The position numbers and the translations under genes were made by a program. The notes beneath the pieces were generated by a model. It was not told the origin of the DNA. It worked only from the letters and a program-made list of their open reading frames with translations, and made no database searches. From positions 70,936 through 134,935 of the forward strand of contig JAAPAO010000019.1 in assembly GCA_013115145.1 (NCBI GenBank): a stretch of DNA of 64,000 nucleotides, given 5' to 3'. This document shows positions 39,101 through 52,154 of the stretch, piece by piece (position 1 is the first letter of the stretch; each line of letters opens with the position of its first letter). This DNA comes from Perkinsus chesapeaki ATCC PRA-425 (taxonomy: Eukaryota; Protista; Perkinsozoa).

Positions 39101-42100
39101 TCGTACCATGCTGAAAGAATGGCCGAGCTGGAGGATAAGTTCGCACAAGCTCTGCAGAGGCAGAAGGAGCGGTAAGAGAGAAGGAGCGTCGGAAGGCATT
39201 CTCATCTCAACGGCAACGTTGATAATCACTCGTCGGGTAAACGCATCTGCCATAGCTATTCAAGCTGTAGCCACTAGTTCATTAGTCATATTGAGAATGT
39301 CATCTGATAACGTTTATGGTAAATTGCCATTGGTGATACATGTGGACCATAAGACCAGAAGTTCTGGTCCAGATCGCACTCTGGCGTCCCTGGCCTTTGG
39401 CGTGGGGTGCCCAGTGCTCTCACTCGAGAATAGCCTCGTTCTGTTTTTGAATCATGCTTGCTCCTTCAGGTACTCTATTCTAAAAGAGGAGAAAAACGTT
39501 CTGCAGGGGGGTAAGTTGCTGTGAGGCAGAGAGGCGCGCAAAGTTTGGATGGCAGAGTATGAAGAGAAGCTCCGGGGAGTTTTGGAGGCGCAAAAAAGTG
39601 AAGCGCAGCAGGTTGAGACGAGCTATCAAGAAAAGATAGTTGCCAAAGTCACCAAGTTGGTCAGCTAGGGTTTCTGATAGTGTTTATGGCTCTATCGCTA
39701 CGAGGTACCAGCAGCTGGCGTACAAGAGGCATGAGGATCATAGAAAATGGAAGGCGATGCATAAGGAGCTCTTGGATATGCACGAGAGAAAAGTCGCAGA
39801 TTTAAGAGATCAGTAAGCGTGCGCTCGACTCGGTGGCTATAGCATCGCTGCCAATCGTTAACGAACCCGGAGCGGTTTGGCGCACAATCAAAACTTGTTT
39901 GCTTTCTAGACTTAACCTCTTGAAGGAGCATATGTATCTGATTTCAATCTGCGGAGTATGAAAATGAAATATCCATATGGCCCTTCCTGGCCTGTTCTGT
40001 GTTTCTTTGCTGTAGACGTGTAATTCATTCTATTAATGTGTTGTCCGAAAGTGTGAGTTTAATTTATATTTCCGGGGGAGCATGCGTGAAATATGAAGTA
40101 GCTGGTTGATTTTGAAGATACCAGGATCATGAGGCTAGAGACCAGCAGCATAAGCAACAAGTCGACGATGAAAGGGCGTTGGCCATGAAGGTATGTAGAA
40201 TGGCAACTTGACAGTTTATGGGCTGATAAGGTTCATGGAGAGACGGTACGGCAGCTAGAGCAAGATGCAGCTGGGGAAGTTCGAGATTTGAGGAAACAGT
40301 AAGGCTCATTCACTTTAAACGGTCGTTGGAATTGGGCGTCTCAATTTGATTTGGGTAGTACCGAAAAGCTGCCCATAGATACGAGCAGATGCTATCGTAC
40401 GAGAGGGATGATAAAGTGAAACTAAGGGGAGAGGCGGGCATTCATAGAAAACACCATGAAGATCTAAAAAAGCAAATGATTAAGAAAGAAGAGGAGATTA
40501 GAGGTATATACATGAGAGCTGAAACATTTCGAAATTAACAGGGAACCTACTATTTGTTGGGCGCGCGCACACAATAATCCGGCACGCATGCACAAAGGTG
40601 GACCATAGTACGACCCCTGCTCTTTTCTAGTTCTAAACACGCCTCCGGACGTGGGAAACGGTTGCGCCTTATGTCTACCCGTTCAGTACTTCCCCTCTAT
40701 TATTGACAGGCCCGGTTCATTGGTGTGAGCCGCGGCGTGTGACTGTTTATAGCCATTCCATCTGATGGGATAGTTACTCTTTGCCTAGGCATCAGCCATA
40801 AGAAACGGTAATTAATGTAGCTTTGAAGATTTGATCTTCACTAAGGCAGAGGCAATCCAGCTTAACTGACTTGGCCAATACCGAAGTTTCTAGCTATCAG
40901 TTGCCCGATTGCTAGAGAACGCCGCTCGATCAGGCCAACAAGAGGAGGCGGGCAGAAGGCAGGACCGAATTGACGAGCTGATGGCCGCGCGGGAGAAGAC
41001 GCTGAAAGATATTAAAGAGCAGGATAAAATGATAGGGGAGAAGGAGCATAAAATATACGACTTGAAGAAACAGAATCAAGAGCTGGAGAAGTTTAAATTT
41101 GTGATGACAGCCGCGCGCCGTGTGAGGTCGATCTGAATCTCCCAATGCAGATTCTGGATCATAAAATAAAAGAGCTGAAAGAGCAAGTAGGACCGAAGGA
41201 TCACGCCATTGCTGAGATGAAGAAGCAAATCTCTGACATGGATCACGATCTGGAGGAGTGCTCATGATAGGAATACAGGACATCGCATTTATGCTTGGGC
41301 AGATACCACAAGCAGAATAAGCATCTTATGGAAGATATAAAACAGATGAGAATTCGGCAGAAGGAGCTTCAAGAGGAGGTCGTTCGTAATCGGCAGAAGC
41401 TATCAGACTTGCGGAGAGTGTCGGCAGCGTTCAAAACGGATCTGTATCACACTACTCAGCACATACTGGTGAGCAAGGGTGGGTTTGGGTGCAGCTGGAG
41501 AAGGCTCGCTCATAGGAGCCAGTGAAGCTTCGCGAAAGCTTCACGGCTCTCGCAAAAAAGTATGCGGGAGTTAGCGGGGAGGATGAGGCACCAAAAGACG
41601 ATGACAAGAAAGGAGAGGATGTGCCTGAATTGAGCGACGACATAATGAACGTAGGTATCCCATATTGTCATGTTAGTTGTCCATAGTAGTTCTTACTTAG
41701 TACTTTTGTGATGCTAATATCTCACCGAATTACATTCAATATCTTGCTTTATGCTGTTTTTGTGTTTCTGTCACACCGTGTGTTTCATACTAAAGGTACC
41801 TTCTGTCAAGGGAGATTAGCAACTCTATAATAAAACCAGACCACAGATAGGAGCACTAAAACGTTCGTGTACGGACACTAGCACTGCGCACACCGTTATT
41901 TGTTATTTTTTGTGGGGCCTACTCCGACTTTCCTAGCCCCCCTGATTATTGTGACTGTCGCTGTATTTGCATTATGTAGGAATACGAACGTCAAAGAGGC
42001 CACCTCGAGGCGAAAGTGAATAAGTTGAAACGTCGACTGGAGAGTGACGCTGCGGCTCGGAAGAAAGAAAACGCGAAGATTATGGGAGTAACATAGCGAC

Positions 42101-42534
42101 CAGATCCGTTGCATATTTGTTGACCCTGTGGTGGCATCAGGAAAATATCGCTCTTCTGAGAGAAATAGGCGAGCTACGTAAGAACTTACAAACATTAGAG
42201 CTTGAGAGGCAAGAGAAGAAGCTCGGTGTGTCTGGGCGCGGGGCATCGAGCACAAGAGGGAGACCGGCGGGTAGGCCTCGTGATTGCCGTTTTGTACTTG
42301 TCAACTTGTATGGGAATTCTTTGCTGCTTTATTCGGAATTCGATAATGGCAGGTTTGCAGAAGCAATCTGAAGCTGCAAGAAAAGCAGCGAAGTACGCTA
42401 AAGAAATCGAGGAGAATAGGCAGACCATCGCTGAGCTTCGAGAGAAGATAAAACTAGTTCAAGATGCCAAACATCATCAGGCGGAGCGAAGCGAGACAGG
42501 TTCTTTTACAGAGAATGACATGAAAGACCAATAG
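33172..42534 (+). CDS. CFAP57: Cilia- and flagella-associated protein 57 (WDR65): WD40 repeats plus long coiled coil, dozens of exons
   Basis: SLHTRYAFGIRPDLNN|VHFVDDRHVVYAVGNNI; PIIATCGSDHTV; KGCRECRFSNGGHLFAAANGN; LSLKGHNNRV; CHFGEVTRMRVS..LLFTCGEDGSV; EKEHKIYDLKKQNQELEKFKFV|LDHKIKELK. Confidence 0.9.
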
Positions 42535-42849
42535 TGATTGTCGAGTGTTCCGGGTTCACGTAATTTGGGATGATCTCATGTGGTGTTGTTAATTGACGTA
42601 CCCGTATTTGAAGGACGCTCGGATGCCAATAAATTCCAGTGGTGCCTCGTACACGTAGAATGCTTCTCATCACAAGCTGACGGCTAGCTTATGTGGCATG
42701 AGTTATGTCCCCTCCTGTTTCCATTCCTACTGTAGCGTATAATTATTTCGGAAATTCACGAATAGTGCGTCAGCTGCAGAGTATCGAAAGGTTTCAGTGG
42801 GTCCACTCGTAGCCGTCCAGGAAACCAGACGAGCCGACACTTGCCGTTT

Positions 42850-45010
42850 TCTCTTTCGAGCTTTACCAGGCGTGTTTTGAATGTTTTCGACACCAGCAGC
42901 GACAGGCTCGGCCGAGCATCACAGCAACGGAAACGTTCTCATCTCAGACTTCGGGTGACCATACGGTGCTCCCTGGTGCTCCCTATTGTGCACTCGTTTA
43001 GACCCTCCCCAATAACCCCTGGAGAAGGCTTTCATCCTGCTTTACGTGAACACGTATGCGCCCCCTCCAATGCGGATGATACTACAGTATTTGACACTGG
43101 ACCTGATGATGGCGGAGATAGCCTTCGGGCATCCTCCTCTATTCTTACAACCAGCTTTCCAGGTGGAGATACTGCATCGGCTCTGGTGAGTTCTTCCGAC
43201 ACTTGCCCTCTCTTGAGCCGCAGGAGCTCGACCACGGTCTGGGGCCGTATGGTAGCTTGTTCTGAGGGAGCTTTTCCAGCGTTAAATTTACCAAGCTGTC
43301 TTTCAAGAGCCTCATTTCTGACCAGATTGCCGCTGAGGAGCTCAGCACTCTCCACAGCTTGGTGGCTAAGAAAGCGGCTGATGTGAGCGCCCGAGAGAGA
43401 AGCCTACTGCACAGGCAGAGTGCAATGGGGGCTGAGATAATGAAAGCACAGCAGATGATACAGGAGCTGGCAGCGCGCCTTATCCTGGATGCCCAAGGAT
43501 TACTCAATTCAACCTCGGCGAAGCTCACAAAGCGGGTAAGGCCCGTGAAGCTTCCGTATCCTTTAACCATTTTTTAACAGTTGGAGGGCCTTCTAGGGCG
43601 GGTGAGTAGCATGGTGAAAGAAGCTCGACTGTCGGCAGCGGATCGACGAGAGAGAGACTTGGCGAGCGCTGCGATGAAAGAGGAACTCAAGTCGTTGAAG
43701 TCGCGGATTGTGTCTTACAAATCGGCGTCCAACTCAGCCCGGGAGGAGTGCGACAGGCTTAAAAAGGCATTCGGAGAAATGTCGTCAGAAGGCGAGGTAA
43801 CGGTACTGCCCTGCTCGGAGACATCTCTTGCTACAATTGCCCTCCCGCACTTCGTCCGCTTTATTCGGCATCGTGGATGTCGTGCAATCGAAACGGCGAT
43901 TAAGTTATCAAGATGTTATCTTGTTATTAAGTACCACTACTGTAGTGGTCCTTGATAACAAGATAACGTGTAGTGGCACTACCTACGTGATGATGTATCA
44001 TCCTCACTAAGCTACATGAACATGCAAAACTGTGATGTATGTTGATATTCAGATGGCGCGTAATCAGGCATCGGCATCTCAACCCTCTCCACCACAATCG
44101 AGTGCTGTAGAAGTACAGGCTCTGAAGGCAAGAATAGCAACACTTAAAACTGCCGCGGGTGCCGCTAAGGATGAATGCCAGAGACTGAAGGGTCGTCTTG
44201 AGGAGGCCAAAGCGGTAGGTTGTTAGGTTGGGTGTCTGTACGGAATGTCGTGAAGCTTACGGTGAAAGTATCAATAGAGGCTAACAGCTTGTACTGATAG
44301 CACCACGTGCCTACTGTACATGGCAAGTTGTCATTGGTAACTATTCGAAGTGGCTGCCATACTGAGCCTCGATAGCATCGACTCGATAACTCAGATTTTT
44401 ATATATTTCAATATCATATCTTTATATAATTTATTAATATATTTATATTAGAACCTGTATATTATCAATTATTATAGATTATTATTTATATAATACTGCA
44501 TGCACTAGTTAATAATATGTACTGTTAATATATAATATATAGCATGCAGTATCTAATATTATCAGTTATAAACACTTGTACTCGTTCGGGGCTGTCCAAG
44601 CTTTCCTAGCATTTTAGATGCATGCCCCCTCTGATAGTTTATTAGTCGACTCGACTGCTATATGTACCCATTGTGGTGTCGCTCATTGGCACTGCTCCCT
44701 GAATTGAGTCCACTCATATATCATTAGGAAGCCGACAGGGCGAGCTCAACCCAGATGAAACTACGGAAAAAAGTCGCCGAACTGGAGGCTCAGAACAGAG
44801 CTGTAAGGGACGAGATTGTAGAGGTGGAGCATAGAGCAGCGGAGCATAGCCTAGCTGAGGTCCCGCACTTCAAGGGACCGCACTCTCGTCTACTTCATTA
44901 GCAGGTTGAGAGGCTCACCCGCCATTTGGATGGTCTGGAAAATGAAAATCAGCGACTCAGATTCTCTGTCGAGGAGCTTCAGCGGAGGCACGATGAGGTG
45001 ATTGTCAACC
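42850..45010 (+). CDS. Coiled-coil protein of unknown function (multi-exon)
   Basis: Exons IAAEELSTLHSLVAKK..., MKEELKSLKSRIVSYK...EECDRLKKAF, EVQALKARIATLK...ECQRLKGRLEEAK, VERLTRHLDGLENENQRLR, with canonical splice sites. Ends uncertain. Confidence 0.55.
44397..44570. other. AT-rich island (~84% AT) with an 11-bp perfect inverted repeat, inside an intron
   Basis: Hand count of about 27 G/C in 164 nt. ATACTGCATGC (44493-44503) and GCATGCAGTAT (44542-44552). Confidence 0.85.
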
Positions 45011-45130
45011 CTTAAAAAGTTGCCCGAGAAATACTACTGCTACTCCTACTATTACTGCTGCATTTGCGCTCGATCTATCAGCCCCTGATAACCGGTAGCT
45101 GATGAATGGTCAGTGACCATTGGTCACTGA

Positions 45131-45144
45131 TGTGTGTGTGTGTG
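45131..45144. repeat. (TG)7 microsatellite
   Basis: tgtgtgtgtgtgtg read directly. Confidence 0.9.
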
Positions 45145-45415
45145 AGTTTATAGTCCAACGCCGAAAATTGGCTTAGTTAGACTATCCATTCCATGTGCAG
45201 CTTCAGAGCGAGAGTTTAATGCCTATACTGTCAGTGACCTATATTAGTCACTGATAATCAGTTCTAGAGCGACCTTTGTTCTTATCATCACAAAAGTGTA
45301 GTGCTCTCTCGAAAGGAAATGGTTATGCAACTGCATTTGTACTTATTGAATAATCACAAGACGTGGCGGGGATCTGAAAGGCTTCTCCTGTCAGGCTTCC
45401 CAGCAGCCGCCTCAT

Positions 45416-46440
45416 ATGGTATCTACGGCCACATCACCGGCAGCAGCTTCCAGGGACAAGCGAGAAGATTCCCCCCGATTGCTCCATGGAGTGTCTCTGT
45501 TCGAGGCATCCTTTGCCGAAGATTCAACAAGTAGCTGGCACGCTCGACTATATTCTTCACTCGTATCATTATCTGGTCAGATTCGAGGGGCACAACATCA
45601 CTTACTTTGCTAACTACGTCTTTGCCGCACTTCAATCACAACGCCGCAGCAGCAATCGGAGCGCTGATTGTTCTAACATCATCTGAGATGGATGCTGCCC
45701 TTCTATCGAAGGTCGCGTCTGTCATAAATCGAGCCATCACTTCACGCTTATGCCCTCGGAGAGGGTCAGAGGCAGACATGGAATATGGCCCGATGGAGCT
45801 GCACAGGCCTGTGTCTATAATCGAACGAGCAAAGCGCCGAATGTTACAGCAACGACTTGGTCCCTCTCTAAGTGTAACTCGGCAGCCATCTCGGACCACT
45901 TCAAGGGACGCCACTGTGGAGAGCCCAATCGATGTTCTACAGTATGCCACGGGGTCCCCTGATGCTCGGCGAGTTACACTAGCTGCCCTTAGCCATCTTA
46001 ACATGCCTGAAGACGACAGCGCCAGGATGAGGCTCTTCACAGATGCAGGCCTTCAGGAGTTCATAGCGGCGGTCATGGCCGACCAGGTCGAGGATCCTGC
46101 CTGTCAGGCTGTGGCCGTCGCTCTGGGCACAAGATCAATCGTTAAGCGTGCAGAGGACAGGCTGAGTGCCCAATCCTCTATGAAAGCGGATGTATGGGGA
46201 CTGCTGGTCCTACTGACCGTGAAATATGATATAACGGCATTGCAGAGCTCACTAACAGTGACCGACAAGGTAGCTCGCAATCTAACCACGGAGATTCTGA
46301 GAACTCTTATCGAGTCGTCGGTGACAAGTGATTTCTCCAGGAGAATATTAAGCGGAATTCTGAACGTTGATGCTACTTTATTGCAGCCACTAAGGAGTTC
46401 TATAATGGACCTCCTTGCTGTAGTGGATACGACGGAATAA
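45416..46440 (+). CDS. Hypothetical alpha-helical (ARM/HEAT-like) protein, one intron
   Basis: ATG 45416; GT-AG intron ~45530-45580 joins in frame to ORF 45607..46440. Leu/Ala-rich helical segments. The fold is inference. Confidence 0.6.
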
Positions 46441-47269
46441 TCTGATGAAGGCACGCGGTTTCTGAAGCATCTGCTGTATTCAATCGGTCGAACCATTACT
46501 CATTGAACGGCTGTACGATTTGGTTGACGCATACTTCTACCTTTCACACTTCATACCATCATTTCTAATTATATCGCAATTGTGTTCGCTGGTGTAAGAT
46601 TCAGTAAGCCCGGCCGCGGGATATAGCTATTCGAGACTCACACCCCCCATACGACAGAACTCCAGTCGCCGAATCTGTAGATGATATGGGGCTTTTGACA
46701 CAGCTTGTATAGTGGCATAATAGAGCTACTGAATAGACTAGCATAGATCGCATAACCTTAAACAGGCAGAATCGTTGTGCTTCGCGATAAGATCGTCACT
46801 TACACAGAAAACTTGAGATTGGCATGATTGTTAGTCCAAGCATCGAGGTCTCGTATATATTGGAAGAGGCCGTAGGGTTCTTAAGCGTCTAACACACCGT
46901 GCGTTGAGATGTTTCTATTGATTACTTTGCTAAGGCTGAGTGAAGGCTTGCTCCAAGTCAAATTAAAATCATCAATCTCATATCCAGCAGTATTCCATCA
47001 CAAAAGGGACTCCCTATCGAAAAGCACCGGTGCAAACCTACACTCCAGCTTGGTATAGTCATTCTTGGTTTTCTAGTCTTAGTGTGATAAAAAGAGAATT
47101 CGATTGGTGCTGCAATGTTGCACTATTAGACCCGCTCGATCATAGACTAAAGATTTCAAACAAGAATCAGCCACGACGCGTTGCGGTTTTCTCGAAGCAA
47201 CAAGTTTCCTTTTCCGATAGGTGATGCTGTTGCGTTGGGCAGTTATTACGTTGACAGTTTCGTTTGTAT

Positions 47270-50200
47270 ATGGCAGCACTTCGAAGGCTCTCTCAGGCAT
47301 TTCAAGTTTTCAATCGTGCCGAGGGCACAGAGGTGAGTAGCAATCGAAGCGAACGATAAATCAATATTGCAATACGTGTAGGAAGCCCGCGACAGTAGAG
47401 GTGATGAGCGAGCCGGTAGAGCAGTGTTGGCAAGTAGACATTGAAAACATGTATAACAGGTGAAAAGAATATATCTCTGGACGAGACAACAGCAGCTGAC
47501 GTGAAGATCCAAAGAGGAGGACGGAGGTTCTCGCAAGTTCAAGTTGCTAATCGACGAGCTGTAGGGTAGGCTCCAGAGGAGCTTCGAGAGTATGGGTGTC
47601 AGATAATGCCCACTGTCCGTTCCAGTGGTATAAGTGCGATGCTCAGTTCCAGCACGACAAGCGATGGTAACAAAAATCTTAGGAGCCGGAATATACGGGG
47701 CTCAGTTGCAGCTGAGCTTGCGTAAGTGCGCCAGGAATATGGTTCGGAAGTATCCCTCAGGCAGAGAGTTGCTGCGGCACGCGTCGTTGCGGGGACAGAG
47801 GAGGATCGTCCGGCGTCGGGAGGCTTTGCTCGGCAATTCTTTAATGTACGATCGATTTACTTGTTCTTGAATTTCTTCACTTTTCAGCCAACTCAATCGA
47901 ACTCCTTCAACATGAAGATGGTTCGGATTATTGGAACCGTATTGGTGAGTCATCGGCGAGAGTTCATCCTATTATTATGAGTGTGAATTCATTTTGCCAT
48001 TGTATTGCCAAGTGCTCTACCACTTGTAAGACAGGTACTTTGCATCATGACTGGCAGTGGACTCGTTATTTCGACCAATCTGCACTACACCGCCACAGCT
48101 GAAAGACAACGAGATATTTTCCTGCGGGATGGTCTTGCCCCGCGGATAACCGCCGAAATACAGGTATGCCAGCACTAGGCGTATGGAGCTTCATTCCAAC
48201 CTGCAATTGGTATATGCTAGAGGTCATGGTTAAACACACTACCCCTGTATCCTCGTTATGGTGGTTTATGCTCAGGCTTGGTTAGAAACAGCCATGCAAG
48301 TGCGGGATGCTATCCATTGGAGTATATTAAAACAAATATATACCGAAGAGTTCGACTACGGTGCGCGAATGGGAAAGAAAGTGGAATCCTCCCCTAGTGG
48401 GCTTTAAGACGTGACACTTGTTCGTGGCTGCAATAAGCCGACCAGAAGTGTCAACCGTAGCTGGCGATATGGCGATTCTACCGTTATGCTTGAGCATTGA
48501 ACTTAACAAATACACCCCTCCGCATGAATTTCGCTCATGTCCCTTCTGTTCATGCGAATTTTGTAGTCTCTGTTGTAGAGGGCTATGGCAATACTCAGCT
48601 CAGAATAACCCCGAAGTTTGAGATGTAAACCCTCGTTGGTGATTGTGAACTAGGAAAGCCCCCTTTAACTTCTCCACACATTATTTGTATGATTTTGGCT
48701 ACCTACTTCTCATAGGGAGCTGCTCTTAAGTGTATGAATACAGCACGGCGGGGTTAACCATGTCCAGCGGCAATTTTTATGAGTCTCTGGGAAAGGCGTT
48801 CGGGGGCGATAAGTTAGTCTTAGGTATGATCCGGAGGCTCGTTGAACCGTTCTTCGGCCGCGTGGAGGGCCTCATGTCCATCGAGCTTGCTTTCTCGAAC
48901 TCTCCTCATATAGTATCAGTAACTATTTCGCAAGGATCATGCATGTCCATGCGTGGACAGGTTAGAGCGATCGAAGGAGCGGATGGAAAGACGAAAGATA
49001 TTCTGCTGCAAAGCGATGCACCTTCTTGCTTCTCGATCGGCTCCCTGGGATGTCTACAACGCAGCGAAGCTTTCGATGCTCACTCAACTGCCTGGTATGA
49101 AATAGGTAACCCGACCTCCTCTTTGCTGATGCACCATTAGAGCAGCCAGGGTCTTCGCTTAATGAGTCTGATGTGCTCTCGAGCTCCGTTGAAGCTGCCA
49201 CACTATGGGCAGGGCCCACAATTCGACCGGATAACGAAAATCAATTTCTGATTCCCGTATACACAGTGAGTGTTGCTTGGAACTTGAATGCTTTTTCGAG
49301 TTTCTCGTGAGTAGATGATATGGAAGAGCACATTCCCGGGTGTTGTGGGCGAACCCTTCTTGGTGGGTAGAGCCACTATCGACGTACGAGACTTGTCCAC
49401 CTTGCTCCTCGACAAGACGCTCGTCGAAGGTGGCATTGACCGGGTGTATCTTACTACAAGGGAAGGGACCGTAGTGGCGGCAAGGCAGTCATTGTCGTCC
49501 TATGTGAGCTTCAGTGATGAAGATAGAACCATTGGGCTGAAGCGCGTATGGGAGGTGAGTGGGTTTACTTGGATTTCTTGCTCCAATTATGTAGCTGTAT
49601 GCTTGGCTAAATTACGTGGTGACACTTCACGCACCGAGTGCCCGTGTACCAGCGGGCCTCCAGTCATTAGTATGACTGTCACTAGTGACAGTCATTAGTG
49701 ACCTCCACTGCAGGTATCTTCCCACCTAAAGCAGCTCACCGAGTACGACTACTCGGATGTGTACCAGAGTGCGAACGACGGAGCTGCTGTGCCACAGCTT
49801 GTGACTCTGTCTAGTGGAGCCTGTGTTATCCATCCCTTCCCATCTACTTCGAGTACAGGGATTGCCTTCGCTCTGGTCGCCTTTTCGGAGGTCGATCCAT
49901 TCGTTGATCCTACCATGGCAGGCTTGCTAGTCTCGTGTGTGGTAAGTAACAACATGTCAAGATCTTCTTGGTTCGCCTTACCCCTTGCTCACTTCTTGCT
50001 CCTATTGGCACTCCTCAGATTTCTTCCCTCGTACCGTATGGTTTGACCTTAGCGTTGACAGTAATTCTTGTTCTTCGTCAAAGAGCAATCGATCGTCGTG
50101 CGGATCAAAGGTATAACATTCATGGCGAGCGCAGGAACTTATGTTTTCCAGACGGCGGGAAGTAATCGAAGCACATATCGCATTAGCGGCAGTCAAGTCA

Positions 50201-50377
50201 CGAACCCGGCCAGGACATTCAATGTTGTCATAGCATATAATTTCATAAGTGTTATTTTCCTTGCTACGGAACTGATTTGTATTTTAGTCGAGGATCCCCA
50301 CAGGCAATCCTACAATTATATTCTCCGGACGTGGAATCCGGTATACCCATCGGGACCACATGGATATACATCTCTAA
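47270..50377 (+). CDS. Two-TM membrane protein with an extracellular Cache-like region
   Basis: Spliced N-terminus MAALRRLSQAF..; TM1 MVRIIGTVL|VLCIMTGSGLVIS; Cache-like GRATIDVRDLSTLLLDKTLVEGGIDRVYLTTREGTVVA; TM2 PYGLTLALTVILVLRQR; short basic tail. The domain call is by eye. Confidence 0.5.
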
Positions 50378-50467
50378 CTTCTCCACGGATCACTATGCGT
50401 GTCATAGAGCTCGGGGTGGGCCGAAAAAACAGAGAGGACGCACCACAACAACAGCACACCGCAATGA

Positions 50468-51135
50468 AACCGCCAACAACGTGCAACCTGACGCGAATGC
50501 TAAACTAACTCGTGATGAGGTATTTACATGAATCCTTCATGAGAAGCAACAAGTCGACCCCCTGCTGTCGGGTAAGGCAACTGATGATGAGGAGGCGCTG
50601 GAAACCAAGCATCCTCCTCAGGATCGTAATATTCCACGAGCGAGGTGGGACCGTGAAGGCCAGTATTACCACCCGCCGCATACCTGAATAGAATTGGGAC
50701 ACAGTTGCACAGGGACAGTTCCCAACTTACACAAAGCCATTGGCTAAAGTCGCCACGCCCAGCCCAAAACGACCAAGAGACAACGGGGCGGCAGAAGATC
50801 ATAGGCCCGTCTCGAGGTCGTATCTACTAAAATAATGAGACTCCTCGTGGTAGGTGAACTGATTAGATCGTCCTCCCATAACAAGTATGTGGGGAACTGC
50901 TTCCGAATGGTAAAAGAACCTGCCTTGAATGCACTGATGACCACCATAGGAGGGGCAAATGACTTTGTAATGGGCCCATCTACAACTTCGACAGGAAACG
51001 CTTCTTTCAGCACATCTAACTTTGCTTGCATGTTATAGTCAGTCCATGCGAGGGACTCTTATTGGCATCGAGGGACGTACTCGGAATCAGATGATGTTCT
51101 CCGAGACATGTCTAGGGGTCCGCACGTATTAACTG
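50468..51135 (-). pseudogene. Truncated duplicate of the Kelch gene 5' half
   Basis: Near-identical to 58186-59080, but lacks ~230 bp (58555-58782), has TGG>TGA at 50799-50801, and homology stops at 50468. Confidence 0.9.
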
Positions 51136-52154
51136 GGATTGATACCATATAAAGAATGCTGCTCTGGAAAGCATTGTCCTACATTAGGGTAAATTTTGTA
51201 GTATGTTTTCATTTTGATGAGTCGTGTGGTTTGTCATTTTGTTGGATTTGTAAGAACTTTATGTTGTTCCGCTTTCATCTACATGCGAAAAATAGCATTC
51301 AACACTTAGCGCAGAAGGCTCCGGCAAACGTATGCGCTTCAACCCAAAATCGGCACGAGATACCTAACGCATCGAAATAGCTCGGTGATGGTACTAAGGA
51401 AAGCCACCACAGGAGGCGGAACTTCCGTCGTGGATGGCCTGGTACAGTCCACTCTGGTGACGCGGGGGCTCTCGCCGAGGCCCTCTCGGTGTCCCTTTCT
51501 TCGTAGTTATTCTCCGAGTTGGAGACTCCAACTTATCTTCTCATATAATCTTTGATATACCCGAATTATGTCTTGTATTCTGCCGGTCAGCTCCCTACTG
51601 GCGTCGTAGCTTGCGCGGTAGGTTCCTAATATATTATATGTGGTAACTTATCTCGTTCGACACCCCCGAAAAGTTGTGCCCGACGGCCGCGATATTTGAG
51701 ACTCAAATTTTGAGTGGTGTCCCAGCACTGAAATCTGATCTATCAATGCCCGAGCTAGCGGTATTGGCTGTCTGCGTTTATTTTCCTGGGTAGTATCGAT
51801 ACTGCAGCTGAACCCTCGAAGTAGGAAGCCCTGCTGACCTTTCAAGTAGTGTTGTCAACTCATGGGCGCATATTTCACACTCACAAGTTGCATCTCGCTC
51901 ATCTGGCCAACAGCGAAGAATAGGCCCATGATAACTTATAACCAACTATATTAGCTCCTCTGCAAGATAATACTGTGGCGAGTGAGAGCTTCAACAAAGC
52001 TCGTGCTGTACCAGCGGGTAGACAAGTAAGTTACGTCACGGTCACGATCCCACTTACGTCGCGACCAAGCTCGTGAAGTCGAATGGGTAGAACCATCGTT
52101 AGCCTAATTCAATTTCATGATACCATGTTTGCATAGCTTAGCGGAATACGTTTA

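Noticed and set aside
43032-43355. Protein-like minus-strand ORFs here and at 13166..13453
   Set aside because: They overlap plus-strand exons with good splice sites and are best explained as antisense shadows.
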